Shown piece after piece: positions 1 through 9,477 of a stretch of DNA of 53,857 bases. Numbering within the stretch: position 1 is the stretch's first letter; each line of letters opens with the position of its first letter. Under the pieces are notes generated by a model. That model worked only from the letters and a program-made list of their open reading frames with translations, made no database searches and was not told the origin of the DNA. Both the position numbers and the translations under genes were made by a program. Source of the DNA: an uncultured bacterium (GTDB lineage Bacteria; UBA8481); the NCBI GenBank assembly GCA_964499705.1, contig CAZCME010000027.1, positions 1 through 53,857 of the forward strand, written 5' to 3'.

Positions 1-55
1 GTGGGAGGGGTCCCGGCGCGAGCCGGGCCCCTATCCCGATCATTCGTTAGACGAA
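1..55. repeat. Cassette-boundary element E0 (right end only, truncated by window)
   Basis: Ends ATCATTCGTTAGACGAA at 55, followed by TTCCACC as in the other copies. Confidence 0.75.
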
Positions 56-94
56 TTCCACCATCGGCACGTTGGTCGCTTCGCAGGCGGACTA

Positions 95-859
95 TCATGA
101 ATATATCATGTCCCATATCCATTGCATATATGACCCTGACCACTCAGGCTGTAAGAAAAGGATCATGTCGCATATTGCGTGCGAGATTACCAATGGAAAA
201 AGCTTGTTCGTCTTGAGATAGTACGCCGTGATGAAGATGCTTAACACGAAGGTGGAAGGGATATTGAATAGACCAGTTTCCCAGTGAATGTAAGAGAAGA
301 TGCAGGAGACTACCAAGACAATCATCGAACTGGACATGTTATAGCGACGGAAAAGAGCAACCAGCACCCCGCGATAGAGGAACTCTTCGACAACCCCTCC
401 GCCAATCGATCCGTATATCGCAATCATTGTCCGTGCTTGGATTGAGTCGGGAAGCACAGAGTGAAAACTAAACGCAGCGGGATAGGTCTGCCACGGGAAG
501 ATGCATAGAGTGAGCGCATAGAGCGTCAGAATGAGCCACGGAAACACAGCGATCCAAAACGCAGTGTGAACGAGAAGCACATTTGTTTCGCGGGTCGTGG
601 ACGGCAAAGTCAGACCGAACATGGCGGGCGAATATTTCCATTTCGAAAAGAGATAGAACCAGCATATGCCAGTAATAATGACAAATTGAATTGTATCGAC
701 TATCCAGAAGAGCAAAAGGTTTTCGCCGGTGAAGGGCAGAAGTAGTCCATTGAGCATGGGAAATGCAAGCATCGCAAAGGCGACCTTTTCCAGCCGTCGG
801 ACGACAAGTAGCGTTTCGGCATCAATCGGCAAGAACGTCGAAGTACCCGCTGTCGTCAT
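95..859 (-). CDS. CPBP-family (CAAX/Abi) intramembrane glutamic endopeptidase
   Basis: Multiple TM segments and motifs VVEEFLYRG, FSYIH, SHAICD; start moved to ATG 859 because the longer ORF runs into repeat E1. Confidence 0.85.
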   Translation of the reverse strand: MTTAGTSTFLPIDAETLLVVRRLEKVAFAMLAFPMLNGLLLPFTGENLLLFWIVDTIQFVIITGICWFYLFSKWKYSPAMFGLTLPSTTRETNVLLVHTAFWIAVFPWLILTLYALTLCIFPWQTYPAAFSFHSVLPDSIQARTMIAIYGSIGGGVVEEFLYRGVLVALFRRYNMSSSMIVLVVSCIFSYIHWETGLFNIPSTFVLSIFITAYYLKTNKLFPLVISHAICDMILFLQPEWSGSYMQWIWDMIYS

Positions 860-918
860 GATAGGGCGATAACCGCCTTCGACAATTGATGGCAAGAATA
901 TAGGCGACGCAGCGAGTC

Positions 919-1121
919 TTCGTCTAACGATGACGATTGCTGAACTGCGCGACATGAAACCAAACCATTCATAAACTATGCGCAATCATAGCAAATCGAC
1001 CTGATCCGGGCGCGCCATTTGCCGCCTCTGCAAATGGCGTGAACGGATCACTTAACAATAACCCGCGCAGTTGCGCGTAGCGACCGAAGGGAGCGAAGCC
1101 AGCAATCGTTCGTTAGACGAA
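919..1121. repeat. Cassette-boundary element E1
   Basis: TTCGTCTAACGA(TG)ACGATTGCTG ... CAGCAATCGTTCGTTAGACGAA; terminal stem with 2-nt bulge plus internal stems. Confidence 0.9.
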
Positions 1122-1145
1122 AACCACTGATGGAATGACATGATG

Positions 1146-2027
1146 CTAATGCATGCCAGTCTTTTTGACCATACCGCCCTCGACGTCGGCTAATGGATGC
1201 ATGGTGATAAAGGCGTTGCTATCATATTCGCGAACGATTGCTCGCACCCGAGAGATTTCAAGTCGAGTTACCACGCACAATAGAATGTCACGCTCTTCGT
1301 CAGTCAGACCGCCCCTGCCCCGGAATACGGTGACACCGCGCCCGAGATCCTTGGTTATTGCCAACCGAATGTCTGAACTGCGGGAACTGATGATGGTGAT
1401 GGACGTGTATTCCTCAAGACCATAGATGACAAAATTGAGAGTCTTTGCGGCGGCAAGATACGTCAGGATCGAGTACAGTGCGGCTTCGACACCGAGCACG
1501 GACATGGCTACGAGAAACAGCACTACGTTGAATCCCAATATCACATCACCAACGCGAACTATTCTAAAGCGCTTGCTGATTAGCAGAGCGGCGATTTCGG
1601 TTCCGTCCAGTACTGCTCCACCGCGTACAGCAAGGCCGATGCCTGCGCCGATAAAGAAGCCGCCGAATACTGCCGTAAGTACAAGATCCGGTGTTACATC
1701 AGGATAAGGAATAACCACCAAAGCAACCGCTAGACCCGATATTGCAAGTACGCTTCGAATGGCAAACACGCCGCTGATATGGCGATAGCCGACGATGACA
1801 AATGGAACATTGACTAGCGGGAGCCAAATGGCGAGTGGTATCGGCGTGATCTTTGAAAGTAACATAGACACACCGGTAACGCCGCCATCAATGAAATTGC
1901 TGGAGAGGAGAAATCCGTTGAGTCCCATTCCCGCCGATATGACGCCGAGGGATATGAGTAAGAAGTTGCACGTCTCCGGAAGGAATCGTGTGCGAAACGC
2001 ATGCCATCTGGTAATCTGCGTGCTCAT
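1146..2027 (-). CDS. YitT family membrane protein
   Basis: DGGVTGVS and GAVLDGTEI motifs, TM region, C-terminal GRGVT...DSNAFITM domain. Confidence 0.9.
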   Translation of the reverse strand: MSTQITRWHAFRTRFLPETCNFLLISLGVISAGMGLNGFLLSSNFIDGGVTGVSMLLSKITPIPLAIWLPLVNVPFVIVGYRHISGVFAIRSVLAISGLAVALVVIPYPDVTPDLVLTAVFGGFFIGAGIGLAVRGGAVLDGTEIAALLISKRFRIVRVGDVILGFNVVLFLVAMSVLGVEAALYSILTYLAAAKTLNFVIYGLEEYTSITIISSRSSDIRLAITKDLGRGVTVFRGRGGLTDEERDILLCVVTRLEISRVRAIVREYDSNAFITMHPLADVEGGMVKKTGMH

Positions 2028-2193
2028 CGGGAAGTATCACGGGCTGAGGGCGGCGGAGGGATAGGTTTGCCGCATGACTGACAGGGAACGGTGTCGGCCC
2101 GACGAGATTTGTCGACCATCTGCGTGCGCTTGCAACTTGGACAAGTGCGCTTCAGATGAAATACGGTTGCAATAATAGCTTGGAATATTGGAT

Positions 2194-2721
2194 TCATAAT
2201 GTCATCTTTCCGAGAAGTTCGCCGAGGTCAAGTCTCCCCGTCGTCATTGCCAATTTGCCTTCCGCATCGTGCGGCCACTCCTCGGGCGGACGATCGCGAT
2301 AAAGCTCGACTCCGTTTCCATCGGGGTCCTCGAGGTAAATCGCCTCCGAAACGCCGTGATCTGATGCTCCCGTGATGGGATATCCCGCTTCGATCAACCG
2401 CCTTACGGCGCGCGCCAGTTCGCGACGGTCCGGATAGAGAATCGCTACATGATAAAGCCCTGTCGACCGAGGAGGCGGAGCCGCGCCGTCCGAACTTTCC
2501 CATGTATTGAGACCGATGTGATGATGATATCCGCCTGCCGAGAGGAATGCGGCGCCGGGATAACGCTGTTGAACTTCGAAACCGAGGAGATCGCGCCAGA
2601 ACGAGAGCGACCGATCAAGATCGGAGACTTTAAGATGAACATGCCCGATCCGGACACTGGGATGAATCCTTGCGGATTGGGGCGAAGGGTCCGCAACGTC
2701 AGCTGCCATGTGGTTCGTCAT
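2194..2721 (-). CDS. VOC/glyoxalase family protein (CatE-like)
   Basis: IGHVHLKVSDL, GGYHHHIGLNTW, GLYHVAIL, DHGVSEAIYLEDPDGNGVELYRD. Confidence 0.9.
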   Translation of the reverse strand: MTNHMAADVADPSPQSARIHPSVRIGHVHLKVSDLDRSLSFWRDLLGFEVQQRYPGAAFLSAGGYHHHIGLNTWESSDGAAPPPRSTGLYHVAILYPDRRELARAVRRLIEAGYPITGASDHGVSEAIYLEDPDGNGVELYRDRPPEEWPHDAEGKLAMTTGRLDLGELLGKMTL

Positions 2722-2786
2722 CGCCTGTCATCTGGAAAAGCGAAGATGCAGAAGAATGGGAAACTATACAGCAACGACACCGACGC

Positions 2787-2979
2787 TTCGCCTAACGATT
2801 CAGTTTGTCGAACGTTTTGCACGGCGCGTCGCGTGCGGCATGCCAATAACCTACCCTGGATCATGACCATTACATTATCACAACCGATCCCGCGCAAGAA
2901 GCATTAGCACGCGGCGTGACGTGCAAAAGGTTGCGCGGAGGAGCGAAGCGACGTAGCCGACAAACTGACGTTAGACGAA
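2787..2979. repeat. Cassette-boundary element E2
   Basis: TTCGCCTAACG(AT)TCAGTTTGTCG ... CGACAAACTGACGTTAGACGAA. Confidence 0.9.
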
Positions 2980-3034
2980 AACCAGCGTAGGTAATCATTA
3001 TACCTATCGCGCGCATACCTATGGTAAATGGGTG

Positions 3035-4522
3035 CTAATAGACAGGTATACCCTGTCCCGATCTTTTGCCGTCGAAAGTGGGTATAAGCCGTAAGTTATC
3101 TACCGGTTTAGAAATGTCTCGTGGCGGCGCAAACTGTTTCTCAATGAGGTTGCGTAATATTTCGGCCCAATCAGAGGGACTTCCGTCTAGGATGCTAACG
3201 TGGAGAGGATTGTCGGGGTCATAATCTACAGCATCGAGTGGGTTCATCTCATAAAGCTGAGCCAAAGCGCTGCGCGCTTCGGATTCTCTTTCCAACTTTG
3301 TATAACATTCTCCGATGCGATACAGCTGCATGCGAACATCATATAATGACGTATCGCCCACACTGAATGCTCGTTCGTAGGCGCGTACGGCTTCAGAATA
3401 ATTGGCGGGGGGCGGACGATACACGCGTAAGTCGCCTAAGCGCGCCCAGAGCCTCCAATTATCAGGATCATTTCGAATAGTGCGAGAGACTAAATCAACG
3501 GCGCGGTCGAGTTCACCATTATGAGCTAATGAATAGCTAAAATCTAAGACGACCCCAGACATTGCAGATGGGGCGTGAGGTTCATCTTGTAGTAATTTTA
3601 TCGTGATTTCAAAATGTTCGATAGAATCATCTAAGGTGCATAATATAGGACCAATCCAGCCGCCGTCACCCTCATTCCATTCACGCGATTGATTAGCCAA
3701 GTGAAGCTGATAACAAACTCGAGCCAGCGAATAGTGCGCTTGGGCACTGTTCGGAAATGCGCGCACATACCTTTCTGCCGAATGAAGAGCATCGGGAGCA
3801 TCCCTTCGTGATGCGGCTTCTCTATGCGCGGTTAAGAACGGCAGTTCGTCCACGTTTAGCGAAAAGCTTGATCTGAGTGGACGTAGCTGTCGGCATTCAA
3901 TGTTCCTTATATACTTTGACGGAATAGCAAAGTTGATAGATTGACCGGCGAGAATAGAGGACGTAACAATGCCTATTACTCGTCCATTACGGTTTATGAT
4001 CGGCGAGCCACTCGATCCAGGTGAAATCGGCGCTGTGATTTGCAATTGACTGCGACTATTATGGGTACGAACACCAGAAACTATCCCGGTAGAAACTGTG
4101 CCTTGAAGGCCAAGTGGACTGCCAATTACAACGATTTCTTCTCCTATGGTCGGGTCAATCGTCTCGAGTCTAAGATAAGGAAGTCTGTCGCCGTCGATTT
4201 TTAATATCGCGAGGTCGCTATTCTTATCATAACCATAAATGCCAGAGACCTGGTAACGAACACCGTTGCTTGCGATTGCCCATATCGTCGTTCCTCCAGC
4301 CAGTGCATGAAAATTTGTTATCAGCTTACCGTCCTGAGAAATCAAGAAACCAGTGGCTGAACTAACTTCGTTGCCGCTTTCGCCAAAAACCTCTAGTAGG
4401 TACACGGCGTTCTTGGCAGAACCAGCAAGGCGTGCTGCATTGAGTGAATGGCCATTGGTGCTTGTGAAGGCGACTAGGAAAAGGAATCCGAGCAGCCTGA
4501 ATCTGGTCGTGCGTATTAACAT
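3035..4522 (-). CDS. Secreted trypsin-like (S1C) serine protease with TPR-like C-terminus
   Basis: Signal peptide; triad motifs TNFHAL, DLAILK, PGSSGSP; helical TPR-like repeats. Confidence 0.85.
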   Translation of the reverse strand: MLIRTTRFRLLGFLFLVAFTSTNGHSLNAARLAGSAKNAVYLLEVFGESGNEVSSATGFLISQDGKLITNFHALAGGTTIWAIASNGVRYQVSGIYGYDKNSDLAILKIDGDRLPYLRLETIDPTIGEEIVVIGSPLGLQGTVSTGIVSGVRTHNSRSQLQITAPISPGSSGSPIINRNGRVIGIVTSSILAGQSINFAIPSKYIRNIECRQLRPLRSSFSLNVDELPFLTAHREAASRRDAPDALHSAERYVRAFPNSAQAHYSLARVCYQLHLANQSREWNEGDGGWIGPILCTLDDSIEHFEITIKLLQDEPHAPSAMSGVVLDFSYSLAHNGELDRAVDLVSRTIRNDPDNWRLWARLGDLRVYRPPPANYSEAVRAYERAFSVGDTSLYDVRMQLYRIGECYTKLERESEARSALAQLYEMNPLDAVDYDPDNPLHVSILDGSPSDWAEILRNLIEKQFAPPRDISKPVDNLRLIPTFDGKRSGQGIPVY

Positions 4523-4735
4523 AAGTAATTCATAGTATAGAACTTAGTGCCTGATGTCGCCATTGTACATGCGATATGGAATTATGGGTAAGAGGAATCT
4601 TTGCACGCGAAGATGAATGGAAAATTGGATGGGCGCGCAATCTGCGGATAGGAAATAGCACGGTGTAAACGAGAGGGCTGCCATCGATATTCCTACGACG
4701 AGTCATTTTACCAATTCTGGAAGGAGGCGGAGGGG

Positions 4736-5545
4736 TCATTCCGCATGATCCTGATAATCGCCTATTGCTTGAATTAGTTCGCGTACTTCTGTGGGGCGAT
4801 AAATCCGGGGATTCCATGACAAGTGACATTGGGTGCCAATGGATGCCCAGTGGCCGTCGAGAACGATGTAGTCGCAATAGGCGAGAGGAACAACCGAATG
4901 GAAATAGTCCATAGCATGGTTTCTTGTAATCGGGAAATCCTGTTTACAGATTAGCTCTAATATCTTTCCGTTGGTAATATATGCGCGACGGTTGTTGGCG
5001 ACAGCAGAGACGTCGAATGCCTTTCCTTGAAGGCGCGGATTCGCTTTCCACTGAGCACGAGCTTTTGTGAGGAATCGGACAATGTCATCCGAAACAGCTA
5101 TTCTGCGCGGGGTTATCGAATCCTGATATTCCTTCTCGGCAACGGCATCGAAGATTGGGGCGATGGACATAGTGGTCGCGTCGATGAAATGACGGAACTC
5201 CTTCAGGAAACTGATGTCAAACCACACCTCATTTTCCCCCGGGCATAATTCGCGATCTGACACTGCCCCCGGCGTGGATTCAATAGGAATCCAATGTTGC
5301 CCCACACCAGCTATCACATTCTTGATCTTCATCAGGGAATCTGGACTGCTTGCCGAAAACTCCACCAAGTTCATTATGGAAACAGCGAGCGTACCATTCT
5401 TTGCGACGGCTGAAACCAGGTCTGCGAGAAGAGAGATGTCCTTTTCAAGGAGTATGAGCCCACAGTTATCAAGATAGACAAGAGGGCGACGACAAGGAAA
5501 AGAATAGGTCAGAATGCCCTCACTTTTCAAGGAGAGTTCAGGCAT
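4736..5545 (-). CDS. Hypothetical protein, possibly PIN-like nuclease fold
   Basis: ATG 5545 with GGAGG upstream; VYLDN near the N-terminus and DYFH...YCDYIVLD near the C-terminus resemble PIN-like acidic motifs. Confidence 0.55.
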   Translation of the reverse strand: MPELSLKSEGILTYSFPCRRPLVYLDNCGLILLEKDISLLADLVSAVAKNGTLAVSIMNLVEFSASSPDSLMKIKNVIAGVGQHWIPIESTPGAVSDRELCPGENEVWFDISFLKEFRHFIDATTMSIAPIFDAVAEKEYQDSITPRRIAVSDDIVRFLTKARAQWKANPRLQGKAFDVSAVANNRRAYITNGKILELICKQDFPITRNHAMDYFHSVVPLAYCDYIVLDGHWASIGTQCHLSWNPRIYRPTEVRELIQAIGDYQDHAE

Positions 5546-5752
5546 GAGGCCTCCGGCGCTGGCCTTCGCCTGGGACTCGCGATGAGCAACACCTCTCGTT
5601 GAGCTGGGCGGGGCGCTTGCAGAACGGTGTGCGTCGAGGTGAATCATCAAGCGATATTCGGAACGATGCCGTCATCAACATAGAGTGCTGCAAGCGCCAT
5701 GCACGGCGGGCGATGCCAGACAAAGGGGAGTAATCATGCTCTCCCGCGGGTC

Positions 5753-5948
5753 TTCGTCTAACGATGACGATGGCCGAACCTGGAGCCCGGCGCGGCGAAT
5801 GCGACACGATGACAACCCCTCGCGAATCATCGCCACGATCTTATCATGAGCTATCGCCAACTAGAAACCCCTGCATTCGCCGTGACGGGCGGAAGGTTGC
5901 GCGGAGCGGCCAACAGGCCGCGTAGCCGGCCATCGTTCGTTAGACGAA
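5753..5948. repeat. Cassette-boundary element E3
   Basis: TTCGTCTAACGA(TG)ACGATGGCCG ... CGGCCATCGTTCGTTAGACGAA-CT-CCACC. Confidence 0.9.
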
Positions 5949-6023
5949 CTCCACCGTAGGCTTCGTTCCGAGCCCTTGGGCGCATGCATTCAGCAAATCC
6001 GCCTATCGACATAGTCAGTCGAT

Positions 6024-6052
6024 TTGCAAGCAATCGTAAAATCAGAGACAAT
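6024..6052 (+). promoter_or_regulatory. Candidate sigma70 promoter of the PIN toxin module
   Basis: TTGCAA-17 bp-GACAAT ending 6 nt before ATG 6059. Confidence 0.4.
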
Positions 6053-6058
6053 ACGCTT

Positions 6059-6544
6059 ATGAGCACCGTGTATCTGGAAACAACGATTCCGAGCTACCTG
6101 TCCAAAGCAGCGAGCACTGATCAAGTGTTCGAAGTGCATCGGTCGCTGACGTGGCAGTGGTGGAAAGAGTCGCGGCGCGAGTACGACTGTTTCGTTTCAG
6201 AGGCTGTTATCAAGGAACTCTCCCTTGGAACGCCTGACGCGGCTTCGCGCAGACTTGCATTCGTGTCTGAAATTCCGATATTGGCGGTAATGCCGGAAAT
6301 TGAGACGATGGCGCGTGAGTATCTTGGTGCCCTGCGTCTCCCGGACAAGGCGATTATTGACGCGGTCCACCTGTCTTACGTTATCAGGTATCGAGTAGAC
6401 TATCTCTTGACGTGGAACTGTAAGCATCTCGCGAACGGTGTGGTGAGACGCCGACTGCAGGAGTATAATGTCCCTAGAGGCGTTCATCTGCCGGTCATCG
6501 TGACGCCAGAAGAGTTACTGACGTCGAATATGGAGGAATTGTGA
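6059..6544 (+). CDS. PIN-domain (VapC-like) toxin
   Basis: MSTVYLETTIPSYL...SEAVIKEL...DAVHLS...YLLTWNCKHLAN...IVTPEEL. Confidence 0.85.
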   Translation: MSTVYLETTIPSYLSKAASTDQVFEVHRSLTWQWWKESRREYDCFVSEAVIKELSLGTPDAASRRLAFVSEIPILAVMPEIETMAREYLGALRLPDKAIIDAVHLSYVIRYRVDYLLTWNCKHLANGVVRRRLQEYNVPRGVHLPVIVTPEELLTSNMEEL

Positions 6545-6723
6545 TGAGCGAAGATTCCGTGGTGAAGGAAGTCCGAGAGGCGCGTGATGCGTTCGCGAAA
6601 GAGTGCAAGTATGACCCGCACATTATTCTGGCGCGCCTTCGAGAAGATGAGACCAAGCATGGCGAGCGCCTTGTGACGCCCGACGCATTCCAGAAGAAGT
6701 ATCCGACGCGCAATATCGCGTAG
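6541..6723 (+). CDS. Small protein coupled to the PIN gene, putative antitoxin
   Basis: Overlaps the PIN stop codon; EDSVVKEVREARDAFAKECKYD resembles small partners of this PIN group. Confidence 0.6.
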   Translation: MMSEDSVVKEVREARDAFAKECKYDPHIILARLREDETKHGERLVTPDAFQKKYPTRNIA

Positions 6724-6748
6724 ATTCGTACAGTTCTTCATGAACATA

Positions 6749-7240
6749 TTAGCGCCTGCACTCCATTAGCACGGCCTCGCCCCATCGTGTGATAATTGGA
6801 CCGGCAACGAGGATAAAGCCTGCCTTCTCGTATGCTCTCCGCGCACGCATGTTATTAGGATTGGGATCAGTGCCAACAGTTGGAGCGCCCTGCGCAAACA
6901 ATCGTTGCACGTGCGCGCGAACAAACGCGGTGCCATGTCCCTTGCCCAACATGTCGGCCTCCCCAATATACTGATCAATCCCGCGCGCCCCTGACGGCAA
7001 GTACGAGAACGGGTGAGGATCCCAACCATGCACGTCATAGTCTTGAGCAAAGGCGAACGGTCGGTCGTTATGTTCCACGATCCACATGGAAATTCGAGAA
7101 TCCGCTAGTTTCTCTGTTTCCTTCTCGATTTCGGGCGCCCCCCACCACTCGACTACATGTTCTGCGGCTCGCCAGCCAGCCAAGAGCGGCAAATCCGATA
7201 CAATGACAGGACGAAAGCAGTATGCATCAGTCGTGTTCAT
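6749..7240 (-). CDS. GNAT acetyltransferase, AAC(6')-like subfamily
   Basis: HVVEWWG, RGIDQYIGEADMLGKGHG, TDPNPNNMRARRAYEKAGF. Confidence 0.85.
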   Translation of the reverse strand: MNTTDAYCFRPVIVSDLPLLAGWRAAEHVVEWWGAPEIEKETEKLADSRISMWIVEHNDRPFAFAQDYDVHGWDPHPFSYLPSGARGIDQYIGEADMLGKGHGTAFVRAHVQRLFAQGAPTVGTDPNPNNMRARRAYEKAGFILVAGPIITRWGEAVLMECRR

Positions 7241-7275
7241 GGCGTTGACCGGCCATACGATGAGCCTAGCGGGAC

Positions 7276-7359
7276 TTCGTCTAACGTTTCAATAGCCGCG
7301 CATGCACTTCGGCTATTGTGCCGTATCAGGGCATTAGGCGAAGTGCAACTTCGCCTATT
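7276..7359. repeat. Short variant element E4 resembling the array-head site
   Basis: TTCGTCTAAC, hairpin CAATAGCCG/CGGCTATTG, then palindrome ATTAGGCGAA-GTGCAAC-TTCGCCTATT. Confidence 0.7.
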
Positions 7360-7500
7360 TTTTGCAATAGATGAGACAAGAAAAAAATAATTATTCACGT
7401 TGCTTTCCCCCAGCTGAAAGTCATAAATTAAAATTTACCACAGTTCCCATAGATGATTCAAGGGCGGGATCGATCTATGCTGGAGTGCGGCCACGAAAAC

Positions 7501-7815
7501 TCAGACAGCTCGGCGACGACGAAGACGAGTCACTACCTCATCAGCCGTAGCTTTCGCGATTCGAGAGACAAGTGCACTTCTTGAAGGGGTGTCCGCAGCA
7601 AGGCCGCGTTCAATCAGATCTCTAGCGACCGAAGTATAACCGGATGCCCCGCGCTTCAATGCCTCTGCGGATAGACGTTTCTTAACTTCCGGGGGAACGC
7701 GAAGCGTAAGCAGTACCAAGCTTTGTCGGCGCTTCGGCATTCGATATTTTGGCGTCTCATCAAATTCGGCCATCACTTCATTTAGTGACATGTTCTCAAT
7801 TCGTTTTGCCATCAC
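7501..7815 (-). CDS. Putative BrnA/CopG-type antitoxin (RHH DNA-binding)
   Basis: LTLRVPPEVKKRLSAEALKRGASGYTSVARDLI; directly downstream of BrnT-like gene. Confidence 0.75.
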   Translation of the reverse strand: MMAKRIENMSLNEVMAEFDETPKYRMPKRRQSLVLLTLRVPPEVKKRLSAEALKRGASGYTSVARDLIERGLAADTPSRSALVSRIAKATADEVVTRLRRRRAV

Positions 7816-7824
7816 TTCCTCCTT

Positions 7825-8109
7825 TTAACGACCAAACGCGGTAACTGGTCGGATATGCCCGTCGTCAATCTTGTCAATGACGATCACAAGATTTCTACCG
7901 CCCATGGTCTGCCCAGTGACCAAGTATCGGCGTTGATACTTCGCCTCTTTCCTGCGTTTCTTATGCGGCCGAACTTCGTATGCAGAAAGCTCGAATATTT
8001 CATCAACCTCGGTCTGTGCAACGGCGTGCTGCGCGATGTGCTCCAAGTTAACGTCATCCCAATCGAGGATGGGAGTTTCCGACCACGGTGGACGAGGCAT
8101 AGGCGACAT
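7825..8109 (-). CDS. BrnT-family toxin
   Basis: LDWDDVNLEHIAQHAV...EVDEIF...YLVTGQTMGGRNLVIV...IRPVTA. Confidence 0.8.
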   Translation of the reverse strand: MSPMPRPPWSETPILDWDDVNLEHIAQHAVAQTEVDEIFELSAYEVRPHKKRRKEAKYQRRYLVTGQTMGGRNLVIVIDKIDDGHIRPVTAFGR

Positions 8110-8123
8110 GGAACGTAGTACGA

Positions 8124-8152
8124 ATGTTATACGATCGCTCAGTCTGTGTCAA
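8124..8152 (-). promoter_or_regulatory. Candidate sigma70 promoter for brnT/brnA
   Basis: Minus strand TTGACA (8152-8147), 17 bp, TAACAT (8129-8124). Confidence 0.55.
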
Positions 8153-8223
8153 CGGCGAACAAATGAAAATGATGCGCTAGAACCTGAGAAAGGAAAGGCA
8201 AGCGGCTCCGCGGAGCGGTCGAC

Positions 8224-8422
8224 TTCGTCTAACGTTTGAGATTGGCGAACGTTTCGCACGGCGCGACGTTCGCGAGACGAAAATATGCGATGTGAATTCA
8301 TGAGCCGAAACTTATCAGAAACCCTCGAATGAATTCCACCCATGCGAACGGCGTGACGGGCGAAAGGTTGCGCGGAACGGCCCGCAAGGGCCGTGGAGCC
8401 GCCAATCTTCACGTTAGACGAA
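8224..8422. repeat. Cassette-boundary element E5
   Basis: TTCGTCTAACGTTTGAGATTGGCG ... CGCCAATCTTCACGTTAGACGAA-CG-CCACC. Confidence 0.9.
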
Positions 8423-8514
8423 CGCCACCGTTGAAACGTATCAAGCAATTCCGCTGCCATATTCATTCAAGCGCGCCAATCATATATAGAGCGAACACCA
8501 CATTAGACAATGAG

Positions 8515-9039
8515 CTAATCATCACGATCCCGCCTTTGCTCATACCAATCATGGAACTTTTCACATAGGACTTCCGAATCATTGCGGTCGTTCCAATTCT
8601 CCCCATAGCGTTTGCTCAAATACGTATCTTGGGCTGAATTATATCGACCGAGCTCAAAGGCCTCCAGAAACTTATAGTGATTATCTGTAACCCTCTTCTT
8701 GTCGGCTGATTGATGGCACTTCCTGCAAAGAACCTCGACGTCTTCTGGACGTTCGTCATGAAAATGCTCATAAGTCTTGTGATGAACTTCAAGACGTACC
8801 CCGACAGCACCACATTTCTCGCAGCGGCTATTTCGGATAGAGATAATGCCCTTACAAAAAATCCTCCATCTTGCCGACGAGATATACGCCTTGTATGCGT
8901 TCAGGAACTCAGGTGTGCCGTACGTTTTCGCCAATCGATCCTGCTCGATCTGTGTATCGTGTTCACGCCGTGCGCGTCCATTATCCCCCTCGAACAGAGA
9001 GCCTTGATATTTCAATGCCATGAGATTCCGTGTGGCCAA
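8515..9039 (-). CDS. HNH endonuclease
   Basis: YISSARW...CEKCG...LEVHHKTY...VEVLCRKCH; alternative start at 9021. Confidence 0.85.
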   Translation of the reverse strand: MATRNLMALKYQGSLFEGDNGRARREHDTQIEQDRLAKTYGTPEFLNAYKAYISSARWRIFCKGIISIRNSRCEKCGAVGVRLEVHHKTYEHFHDERPEDVEVLCRKCHQSADKKRVTDNHYKFLEAFELGRYNSAQDTYLSKRYGENWNDRNDSEVLCEKFHDWYEQRRDRDD

Positions 9040-9059
9040 GCTGGCGACAAGAGGTCGTC

Positions 9060-9269
9060 TTCGGCTAACGATTGTGATTTCCGAACTTCGCGAAGTGAAA
9101 ATAAACCGTTCATTAACGATAGCCTATCATAGCCGATCGACCTGATCCGGGCGCGCCATTTGCTGCTTTTGCAAATGGCGTGAACGGATCACTCAACAAT
9201 AACCCGCGAAGTTGCGCGGAGGAGGCCCGCTTCTGGCCGACGTAGCCGGAAATCAGCGCGTTAGGCGAA
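9060..9269. repeat. Cassette-boundary element E6
   Basis: TTCGGCTAACGATTGTGATTTCCG ... CGGAAATCAGCGCGTTAGGCGAA-CG-CCACC. Confidence 0.9.
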
Positions 9270-9477
9270 CGCCACCGTATAGTGTATTCAGAGTCATCGC
9301 ACGCGGTATTTGCCAGTCGATACCCGTTATTAGTATTGATGATCCGGCGACTTATTTGCGTATCGGCGCTTCCCATAAATTCGATTAGATTGCGAACACC
9401 ACGTTTGTGCATTCTCCAGATCATGCCATCAGGCCCTATTGTTTCCGCTAGCTCGACCATTGACCATACTGACTTCA

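Noticed and set aside
860-985. N-terminal extension of the CPBP ORF, and short ORFs such as 5538-5807, 8149-8466, 9113-9493, 12588-13013, 16069-16350 and 17352-17633
   Set aside because: They run through the repeat elements; their shared peptides (e.g. IVRRR, SSPNALISGY) are translations of the repeat.
4523-4735. Possible degenerate boundary element between the protease and PIN-like genes
   Set aside because: Only a weak ACTTAGTGCCTGATG resemblance, with no partner arm or conserved internal motifs.
6749-7240. Calling the GNAT a proven aminoglycoside resistance gene
   Set aside because: Family resemblance only; substrate cannot be inferred from sequence.
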